64,000 nt of DNA from contig NC_088810.1 in NCBI RefSeq assembly GCF_011386835.1, positions 24,738,001 to 24,802,000 on the forward strand. Direction: 5' to 3'. Below the pieces are notes generated by a model. The model saw only the letters and a program-made list of their open reading frames with translations, had not been told where the DNA came from and ran no database searches. The position numbers and the translations under genes are program-made. Below, piece after piece: positions 35,901 through 58,594 of this stretch (its first letter is position 1; each line of letters begins with the position of its first letter). The stretch is from Chrysemys picta bellii. Lineage: Eukaryota.

Positions 35901-38887
35901 TCCCCAGAGATGTGAGAGGCGAAGTATCCCGTGGCAGGCGGGCTGGGTGCTGCGGGGCAGCAGGGTCTGTGTAGCTGGCACGTCCCTTCTGTGGGCATCT
36001 GGGCAGGGGCTTGGACCAAACCCTGGAGATGGGCTTTCAGCCCTGCCGTGCCCCGCTGGCCCCGTGACGCTGCCCGCGCCAGGTGGGTGGCAGGGGCCGG
36101 GGGCCGGCTTGACTTGGCTTCCGCTTTCCGGGGGAGGCTCCTGCCCGCCCTGCCGGCGGATCCTGCTTGGCAGAGAGGGGAGGGGCAGCTTCGCTCAGCG
36201 CTGTTCCCACCTCCCTGCACCGGCAGGCAGTCCCAGCTGGCTGGTACCCAAGCACAGGGAGCGGCCGTGGGGGGCTGGGCCTGTTTGCCATGGGGCCGCC
36301 GTCCGCACCTCCCCCAGCTGGGCAAGAGGGGGCATGTCCCCCGCCTTCCCGCACAGCTGGGGACAGGGAGGGGCCCCTCACTCACCCTCATTCCTTGCTA
36401 CGCTCTGCCCCCACCCCCGCGCCGGGCGCTGATCCCGCGCCGCTTGGCCCCTCTCACCAGCTCGCAGTGGGGAGCGCTGGGGCAGGCTCCCCCGGCAGCA
36501 GCAGTCTCTGGTGGTGGGAGGCGGAGGGTGGGTGCCAGGACTCCTGGGTTCTATCCCTGGCTCTGGCTGACCTGGGCTAAGTCCCAGCTGCCCCTGTACC
36601 GTTTGCCTCCCTGGCGGGTCTGGGGCTCTCGGAGCTTGTGTTGGCGCTGGGCCCTGGAGCTCTTAGGGGCCACAACGTGGCTGGGGAAGGGGGTGCTGTG
36701 GGGTGAGGCTGGGCTGGGCCTTGTGGGGGGGGGGCTGGGGGGCTGGCAGTGCCCCTGGACAAAGCCCAGCCCTGTGTCCCAGCCAGGGAGGGGGTGCTGG
36801 GCCCAGGGAGCAGTCCCCATGGTACGTCTTGGGCCCATGTGGGAGGGGGGTTGTTCTCCATGGCCCTGCTGCCCTCAGCTTTGGGTGGGGGGCCCAGTTG
36901 GCGCTGCTTGTCTCAGGGTCCGTGGCTCCCTTCACACCTGTGCCTCCTGGAGCCCCCCAGCATGCCTGGGGCACCAAGCTGGGGTACGGTGCCCCAGCTC
37001 TGCCCCTCGCCTGGCCCCAGGGAAGTGCTGGGGTGGCCGGAGCTGCCTGTGCTATCCTGCCCCCTCCCCTGCCCGGGCAAGAGGTCTGGGAATGACCTAC
37101 TCCCGTGTCCGGGGCCACTCCCTGTCCGGCTGCGGGAGGGGTGCTCCACCCAGTGCCTGTCCCAGGAGCCAGGCCCCCCAGCTGTGCAGCCCCCAGGTGT
37201 GGTGTGGTGGGGGAGGCTGGCCCTGGGGGACTGCATGGGGGGAAGAGGAGGAAATCTCCCCCTGCCCAGACTCAGGCGGGCCAGGGCTGAGCCCAGCCTG
37301 TCTCCCCCTGGCCGGGCCACCGTCAGTTTTGCAGTATAAATCCTGCCGGTCCTAGCTGGGGAAGGCCCTACCCTTCCCCGCCGCACCCATGCTGGGCTGT
37401 GTGTGCTGGTGCCCCCCATCGCAGGGGCAGGAGCCTGGGTTCGCGCGGATCCTCCTCTGCCAAGGGCAGGAAAGGCGGCCCGGTCCCTGGTCTGGTTCCC
37501 AGCCTGGCTGGGCTCCATGAGGCTCTTGGCCTTGGCCGGGCCTCGTTCCCCAGCATGGGGGGGCACAGGAAGAGTAGCAGTGACAGCCTGGGGAACCCTC
37601 GCTCGACGCAGCCCGGGTAGCAGCTGGACACGCTCCCCTGCCCACCCCCAGTCCCCTCACTGTCTGGGGCAGAGAGAGGCCAGTCCGCTTGGCCTCTGCT
37701 GGGGCTGCCGGCATGGGTCCCATGTGTGCCCATGGGGATGGGGGCATCTGCCCCATTAGGAGCTCGGTGGCGAGGTTGGGGCCCTGGGCCCATGTCTCAT
37801 GCCCACGTGGGAGCTGGTGCGTGCCAGGGGAGGTCTCAGGGTTGGGCGCTGGGGGGCTGTGAGTGGCGGCTCAGGAAGCCGCCTGCGCCGGTTGCCAATT
37901 CAAATGCGGCGTGCTGAGATTTCCCCCTTTGGTGTGGTCGTACCGAGGGGGGCGGCGAGCGGGTGCTGCGGCTGCGTCTGGGCTGCGGGGGAAGGCGAAG
38001 CCCCGGTTCCTGGCAGGGGGCCCTTGCCCAAGAGTGAATCGAAGCCCTGGGCGTAGGTGCGTCCCCTGCCCTGCTCCCTGGGACCATAGGCATCAAGCCC
38101 CCTCCCCAGCTCTGGCCTCCGTCTGCACAGACTTATCTCCCCCTCCCCAGCTCTGGTCCCTGCTGGGGATAGGGAGCCCCTGGTAGCATCTGGCTTTAGT
38201 GCAGCTCAGTGGGTCCCCCAGAGAACTCGGGGGGGGGGGGGGCAGGGCTGCTGACACCCCTGAGATGGGGGGCAAGGAGCCGCTGAATTTCAGCACCTTC
38301 TCACTACCAGACGTTGCCCTCTGCTCGGGGGTCCTGCACATACTGCTCCCCTCCCCCCCCCCCGGCCTGGTTGGCGTCAGTCAGCTCCTCGGGGCAGATT
38401 TTATCGGTGCCGTGGGAGCGTGGAGCCGGCGTTATCTCTTCTAGGAATCTGCTGTGCTGGGGGGCTGCACGCCCACTCCCCCTCTGCGCACCGGCATTGG
38501 CACCGCTCCGGGGCAGGGGGGGGGGTTTCCTCAATCGATGGCGGAGCTGGCGCACTTAACGCTTTCACCACAGAAGTTTCCTTTGAGTAGCTGCTCCCTC
38601 CCCCTTCCATCGCCACGCGGCCCCGTGGGCTGCTCCCCTCCCCCCAGGCCCTGTGGGGCTGAGGGCACTGGCTGCCCCCCGGAGCAGTAGAGGGGGTTAT
38701 CCCTGGGGCTTGGGTGTTGAAGCTCTGGGGAGGGCCCCAGCCCCCTGCAGGGCCTGGCTAGTCCCAGTGTGGGAGCTGCCCTCGCTGCCCCCCGGCCAAG
38801 CCTGGCAGGAGCTGAGGCTGGCGCGGCAGGGAGCGTGGGGGGCGGAAGGCTCTGACCAGGCCGTGTCTCTGCCCGCAGGTGAGGAGG

Positions 38888-41294
38888 ATGGGGAGCCCCG
38901 AGGATGACCTGATCGGCATCCCCTTCCCGGAGCACAGCAGCGAACTCCTGAGCAGTCTGAACGAGCAGCGACAGCTCGGGGTGCTGTGCGACGTGACCAT
39001 CCGGACGCAGGGGCTGGAGTACCGCACCCACCGGGCCGTGCTGGCCGGCTGCAGCCGCTACTTCAAGAAGCTGTTTGCGGGGCCGGGGCCGGGCACGGGG
39101 CAGGAGGTCTGCGAGCTGGACTTCGTGGGGCCCGAGGCGCTGGGCGCGCTGCTGGAGTTCGCCTACACGGCCACGCTCACCATCAGCAGCGCCAACATGG
39201 GCGAGGTGCTGCAGGCCGCCCAGCTGCTGGAGATCCCCTGCGTCATCGCTGCCTGCGTGGAGATCCTGCAGGGCAGCGGGCGGGAGGCGCCCGGGCCCGA
39301 TGACGGGGACTGCGAGCGGGCGCGCCGCTATCTCGAGGCCTTCGCCACCCTGCCGGACGGGGCCGGGGCCCCCCTGCTCCCTGCCCGCCCGGCCCCCCGC
39401 CGCAGCAAGAAGACCCGCAAGTTCCTGCAGGCCCGATCCTCCCGGCTCAATCACCATGCCGAAGAGCCGGGCCCCGGCAGCCCCTTGCCCGAGCCTCGGG
39501 AGCCATCTCCCCTGCTGCCCCCGGCGCCCGAGGGCCTGGCCCAGCCCTACGAGGGCTACGAGGCGGCTGAGGAGGAGGAGCTGCCCCCGCACCCCTACCC
39601 CTACCCGTATCCCTACCCCTACCAGGCAGCCCTGTCCCCCGAGGACGCTGGCTCCGATGAGGACCCCATTGACCCTGACCTCATGGCCTACCTGAGCTCC
39701 CTGCAGCAGGAGCCCCTGGCCCCCGGCCTGGACAGCCCCGACAAGCTGGTGCGCAAGCGTCGCTCCCAGATGCCCCAGGAGTGCCCCGTCTGCCACAAGA
39801 TCATCCATGGCGCGGGCAAGCTGCCCCGGCACATGCGCACCCACACCGGCGAGAAGCCGTTCGCCTGTGAGGTGTGCGGCGTCCGCTTCACCCGGTGAGT
39901 GCTCCCCGCTTCGTCCACTGAGTCCCCCCCGTGTGCCCCCGCTTCACCCGGTGAGTCTCCCCCCTCCGTGTGCCCCTGTGCCCCTGCTTCACCCGGTGAG
40001 TCCCCCCCTCCGTGTGCCCCTGTGTGCCCCCGCTTCACCTGCTGAATGCCTCACACATGCCCCCTGCACCCCCTACTTCATCCAGTCAGTTCCCCTCCTT
40101 CCCCCTCCCCCCGCTTTGCCTGCTGATTTCCCCGTACGCACCCCTGCTTCTCGACTAAGGGTGGATATGCTAGAGGTCTATAAAATCATGACTGGTGAGG
40201 AGAAAGTAAACAAGGAAGTGTTATTTACTCCTTCTCCTAACACACGAACTAGGGGTCACCAAATGAAATTACTAGGCAGCAGGTTTAAAACAAATAAAAG
40301 GAAGTTCTTCTTCACACAGCGCACAGTCAATCTGTGGAACTCCTTGCCAGAGGATGTTGTGAAGGCCAAGGCTATAACAGAGTTCCAAAAAGAACTAGAT
40401 CAGTTCATGGAGGACAGGTCCATCAGTGCCCATTAGCCGGGATGGACAGGGAGGGTGTCCCTAGCCTCTGTTTCCCAGAAGCTGGGAATGGGCGACAGGG
40501 GATGGATCACTGGATGATTCCCTGTTCTGTTCACTCCCTCTGGGGCACCTGACATTGGCCACTGTGGGAAGACAGGACCCTGGGCTAGATGGACCCTTGG
40601 TCTGACCCCGTCTGGCCGTTCCTATGTTCCCAGGCCAGGGGATGGATGACGGCGCCCAGCTGGGACGGTGGTTGTATGCGGTGCGGGGGGGCACGGAGCC
40701 GCTGTCTGCCGGGGGAGTAGGGGCAGTTCTCGTGTGATCCTGGCCCTTGCTTAGGCTGAGCTTGGGCATCTCCTGGCCCAGCGCCCTCTGCCACTGACCG
40801 GCACCTCCCGCCCCGGCCCCCCGCTCACGGTTCTCTTCCCCACCCCCCACAGGAACGACAAGCTGAAGATTCACATGAGGAAGCACACGGGCGAGCGGCC
40901 CTACTCCTGCCAGCACTGCAGCGCCCGCTTCCTGCACAGCTACGACCTGAAGAACCACATGCACCTTCACACGGGCGCCCGGCCCTACGAGTGCTACCTC
41001 TGCCACAAGGCCTTCGCCAAGGACGACCACCTGCAGCGTCACCTCAAGGGCCAGAACTGCCTGGAGGTGCGGACGCGCCGGCGCCGCCGCGAAGAGCCGC
41101 CCCCGCCCCCTGCCGGCCCCCAGGGCCTCGACCTGTCCAACGGGCGCCTGGAGAGCCTGCGCCTCTCGCTGGCCCGCTTCTGGGACCCGGCCCGTGTCCC
41201 CCCGCCCAACGAGGACGAGGAAGAGGAGGAGGGGGAGGGGGAGGCAGAGGAGGGCCCGCAGCTGGACGGGGCCGTCCCCGTGGAGACCGCGTAG
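38888..41294 (+). CDS. ZBTB7B: ZBTB7B (ThPOK/cKrox), BTB domain plus four C2H2 zinc fingers, 482 aa; coding exons 38888-39894 and 40853-41294
   Basis: [55 protein letters not shown] start, [11 protein letters not shown]...[19 protein letters not shown] linker and fingers, ending [14 protein letters not shown]. Phase-2 GT-AG intron. Lies next to DCST2 as in human. Confidence 0.97.
40153..40629 (+). mobile_element. 5'-truncated CR1 LINE (ORF2 C-terminus plus 3' UTR) in the ZBTB7B intron between the two coding exons
   Basis: Encodes [12 protein letters not shown]...[33 protein letters not shown], the typical CR1 ORF2 end, followed by a 3' UTR ending ...CCTATGTTC. Confidence 0.9.
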
Positions 41295-41689
41295 GGCCCT
41301 GCCCCAGGCGGGCGGCCAGAGGCACTATCCCCAGGACGGGCGCTGCCCTGGGGGGGGCTGCTGCGGGCACAGCTCCAGCAGCTCCCGCTCTGGGGTTGGG
41401 AGTGGGGTGAGCATGCGCTGGGCGGGGCCGAGGCCCAGCGCCCCCTGGGGATAGTGCATCACGGCGCCCCCAGCTGGAGCACACGGACCCTGCCCCTGGT
41501 GGGAGCGGGCACAAGAAGCAATAAGGACCGTCTGGGGCTTTCGGGCATGTGGGTCTCGTGGGGGGAGGGCAGCCGGGGCTGCCTGAGGAGTATGTCCCAG
41601 CTCCCCTGGAGCAGGGGCTGTGGGCTGGGCCTCTTCCCCTTCTTGTGTCTCACGGCTCTTCCAAGCACTGGCAGAGGACTGGGAAACAA

Positions 41690-41874
41690 GACTCCTGGGC
41701 TCTGGGAGGGGAGGGGGACTGGTGGGTTAGAATGGGATGGCTGGGAGCCAGGACTCCTGGGTTCTCTGTCCGGCTCTAGGAGGGGAGTGGGGGCTGGTGG
41801 TTAGAGCGGGGGGGGGCTGGGAGCCAGGACTCCTGGGTTCTGTCCCCAGGTCTGGGAGGGGAGTGGGGTCTAGT

Positions 41875-41911
<37 letters not shown>

Positions 41912-42150
41912 CTGGGAGCCGGGACTCCTGGTTCTATCCCTAGCTCTGGGAGGGGAGTGGGGGCTGGTGGGTTAGAATTGGGGCGCTGGGAGCCAGGACT
42001 CCTGGGTTCTGTCCCCAGGTCTGGGTGGGGTGGAGGCTGGGGGGGGGTTAGAGATGTGCGGGGCTGGGAGCCAGGACTCCTGGGTTCTCTCCCTGCCTCT
42101 GGGAGGGTGGTGGGTTAGAGCAGGGGGCCAGGACTCCTGGGTTCTGTTCC
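41690..42150 (+). repeat. Cluster of tRNA-like SINE-head repeats in the ZBTB7B 3' UTR (other copies at ~620-750, 15232-15335 and 19830-19990)
   Basis: GGTCTAGTGGTTAGAGC...GGGAGCCAGGACTCCTGGGTTCT units. Confidence 0.8.
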
Positions 42151-43587
42151 CAGGTTGGGGTTGGGGTGGGGCTGCAGCCTGACCCTGCTCCCTGGGCGGG
42201 AAGCCATTCCCCACACAAACTGTCTCTCACTTGACGACGCAAGTTTCTGTTCCTGTTTTTCCCGTCGCTGTTTGTTCTGAATTATGCAAAGGGGGAAACT
42301 CCCCCTGGCGGATTTGCACAATGAAATGCTGGGGGGGCCTCGCCCTGCCCCTCCCCATAGCCTGGGGGGCAGTGCCAGGTGCTGGCTGCTGTGCCTGCAC
42401 TACCCAAGGGGGGTGAGACGGGATCTCGCGGTTCTGCCAGCTCACAGCCCCTCCCTGCTGGCTGGTGCTCAGAGCTGGGGGGGGGAGGGCAGCGTGTCCA
42501 CACCGACCCAGCTGGCAGGGAGCCACCCGCCCCGCGGGTGGGACAGGCTGTACCTGGAGCCAGCTTGTATCAGGTGCCCCTTCCCTGTATGAATCAGGTG
42601 TGTTTAACCCTTCGTGTGCCAGGCCTGGCTGCGCCCCCAGCGCTGGGGTGTCGCGCCCTGACAGCTGGCCATGGGGCGCCACCTGGTGGCCTCCCTGGGG
42701 CATGTGGCCGGGAGCTGGCTGTGCAGAGTGGGGACTTCACGCTCCCCCCTCCTGTGGGTTTGGCTGGCAGGGCCCTGGGGATGTGGGGGGGTCACTTAGC
42801 GATGCGCTGGCAGGAGCTGTGCTGCCCCCCTCCCCCCTGGGCATTTGCCAGCCCCTGGTTTTTAAAGCTGTATGTTTTTATTTCCCGGCTGGGCGGTGGA
42901 GGAGGAAAAGCGCTTAGTGCCCTGGGGCAGAGCTGGTGTCCCCGAGCGCCCCCTTCTTAGCCCCCCCCCCCATTGTAAATAGCTTGTGGACTAGAGCCCC
43001 CTGCCCCCAGCTGTCCACTGCAGGGAAATGCAAATCTAGGGTGCCCTCTGCACCTCCATGCCTTAACTGAGGAGCCGCCCCCCCACCCCGACGGGCCTCA
43101 CTCGCCCCTGCACTCCTTGCTGCTTTCTCTGGTTGCACTATTTGGGCAAGTTGGCCCAGGAAGGGGAGGGGGCCCAGACCCTCCTGCGGAGGCAGATGAC
43201 CCCAGGGGCCACCCCAGAGCTGCGGCTTTCCTCCCCCGAGGGGCGTCTCTGCTGTTTGCACATTCCCGTCTGCCCTGGCAGCAGCGCCCCCCAGCCCCCG
43301 GAGCGCCCGGGGAGTATTAGCCCCCAATCAGAGTTTATCTATATTTAAAGAGATGATGTAATATATTTCTCCCCCCTCCTAGCCCCCAGTGCTGTCTGCT
43401 GTCATTGTCAGTCCTTTGCGGGGGGGTGGGGGGCCTGGCCTGGCCTGGCTTTAAAGTGCCTTATGGTGAACTTGAAATCTCAGCTACTTGAACTTCTCTA
43501 GTGTAAAGAAACCAAACTACAACTAGAATCAGCGGGAGCTGGCCCAGGGTCGGGCCCCGCACGCGCTTTTCGGTTGCTGTTGTTATT

Positions 43588-43593
43588 TTTATT
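43588..43593 (-). terminator. Candidate polyA signal AATAAA of DCST2
   Basis: TTTATT on the + strand about 1 kb downstream of the DCST2 stop codon. Confidence 0.45.
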
Positions 43594-43615
43594 TTTTAAA
43601 TGAAGGCTGCTTGAT

Positions 43616-43621
43616 AATAAA
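43616..43621 (+). terminator. PolyA signal AATAAA of ZBTB7B (3' UTR ~2.3 kb)
   Basis: Canonical AATAAA after AT-rich 3'-UTR-like blocks at 42.9-43.6 kb. Confidence 0.6.
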
Positions 43622-44593
43622 CGGAGAAGCAGGGACCCTGGGCGCTCCTGTCTGTGTGTGGCTGGCTGCCTGGGGGAGCAGGGCCTGGCCCCAGACCCCT
43701 GGACCCTGCCTGTGCTGGGGACCCAGGGCTCCTGGCCCTCTCCTGCTCCTGGCCCTGGGGGTGGCCTGGGCTCTGCAGGGTCAAGAGCGCCCCCGGGTGG
43801 GGCAGGAGGTAAATGGGGGTTTCTAGGGTAACAGTAGCCCCTGGCCCCAGAGAGACGGGGGATGCAGCCAGGCATTGGGGGGCAGGGGGTGCATCTGTCT
43901 CCTTGGCACGGGCCCGGCTCCTGGTGCTTCCCTCAGTGGCTGGGATCTGGGATCATCTTCACTTCCTCCAGCTCCCCTGCCTCTGGGGGGCTGGGCCCCG
44001 GCAGGGCCCCTCCCTCCCCGTCACTGCCCTCGGGCTGGTCCTGGTAACTGAAGTCCAGGTCGCTGCAGGGCAGAGAGAGGAGGCCCGTGAGATCAGTGCT
44101 GGCAGATGGGGGCCAGGTGCTGAAGGCCCCGTGCTCCCCTCCCACGCAATCCTGCTGGGCCCCGTGCACCTGCTCTCCCTCCTCCTCCTCCTCCCCTCTC
44201 TGCTTCTTCCGGGGCTGGGAGCCCCTGCCCTTCAGCCCCGCCCAGCGGCTGCCAACATTGTCTTTAAAAAATCCGGGCTGGGCCATGTGTGGGTGCCTGC
44301 GAGACCCCCTGCGTGAGGTCACAGGCCTCCCCAGCTCTGGCCCAGCTGCCCCCTAGGAGAAATCCCTCCTGACTTTCAGGCCGGGCTGTAGTGGCGCCGG
44401 GGTGGGCATGCGGGGGCCAGATTGCAGCCCCAGCCCCAGGGAGGCTGGAAACACGGGGGGGAAAGGCAGCCTGGGCTGACGCAGTGTGGGGCAGGCAAGA
44501 GCCCTCCCCTAGAGCATAGGCCTCTTGGCTATCCCCTATGGGCCCTCGCACCTAGACCTGCCCCCCTTGGGCCTATGCCCCGTTCCCAGCCGC

Positions 44594-57641
<13,048 letters not shown>

Positions 57642-58594
57642 GGAGCTGGCGCTGGTGGGGGGGACCCCCCAATCTTCCGCTTCGCCCCACGGAATGGGGC
57701 CCGGGGCTGCGGAGAGACAAGGCATCGCTGGGACCCAGACACCTCCAGACCTGGCCCCTCTCCCCACCCCTCCTCAGCCTCCTCCCCGCCCCACCCCCAG
57801 CCTGCTTGGCTCTCTCCTGCTCCAGGTGCCCGCTACGTGCCCGGCTCTCAGCACACCTGGGGGGGCATGGGGCTGGCTCCCGCCTGCTCAGCCTGTGGGG
57901 GGCGTTGAGCTCGGCTGGTCCGGGGGGGCTGTGTGATGCACAGATCAGCTGGGCCCCACTGCGGACGAGGTTGGGGCCAGCCCATGCGGCTCTGGGGTGG
58001 TAGAACCCAGCTGGCCCTGGCCCCCACCAACTAGTGAGGGACCTTGTTTCTCCTTCTTACCAGCCCAGTCTGTGGGGCTCTGTGTTCGAGTCTGGCCTGG
58101 GGCAGGTGGCACACGCCAAGGGGCCGCGGCAGTGGGGTGTGTGGGGATGGGGGCAGCTGTGCAGTGGTGCGGGGACCCGGCGTCCCACTCCTGGAGAGTC
58201 ACAGGCACCGGTCTCACTCGGGCAGGATTCCATGGCGGGCATCGCTGCCCGTTGCCGGGATACGGGGCACTGGCGGGCGCAGGGAGCCCCAGGCATCGCT
58301 GCCCGTTGCCGGGATACGGGGCACTGGGGGGCGCAGGGAGCCCCAGACGTTGCTGTCCGTTGCCGGGATACGGGGCACTGACGGGCGCAGGGAACCCCAG
58401 GTGTCGCTGCCCGTTGCCGGGATACGGGGCACTGGCGGGCGCAGGGAGCCCCAGGCGTCGCTGCCCGTTGCCGGGATACGGGGCACTGGCGGGCGCAGGG
58501 AGCCCCAGACGTTGCTGCCCGTTGCCGGGATACGGGGCACTGGCGGGCGCAGGGAGTCCTGGAGCCACAGCGGAGGGAGGACAGCACAGGTGGC
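57642..58594. promoter_or_regulatory. Bidirectional DCST2/DCST1 promoter and 5' UTR region
   Basis: Divergent ATGs 953 bp apart. The head-to-head arrangement is also found in mammals. Confidence 0.65.
58238..58557 (+). repeat. 54-bp tandem repeat, 6 copies, just 5' of the DCST1 ATG
   Basis: Unit GGCATCGCTGCCCGTTGCCGGGATACGGGGCACTGGCGGGCGCAGGGAGCCCCA at 58238, 58292, 58346, 58400, 58454 and 58508. Confidence 0.95.

Noticed and set aside
37335-37341. TATAAAT upstream of the ZBTB7B coding exon
   Set aside because: No convincing downstream donor or initiator; cannot be supported as a promoter.
38531-39844. 437-aa minus-strand ORF
   Set aside because: Antisense shadow of the GC3-rich ZBTB7B exon.
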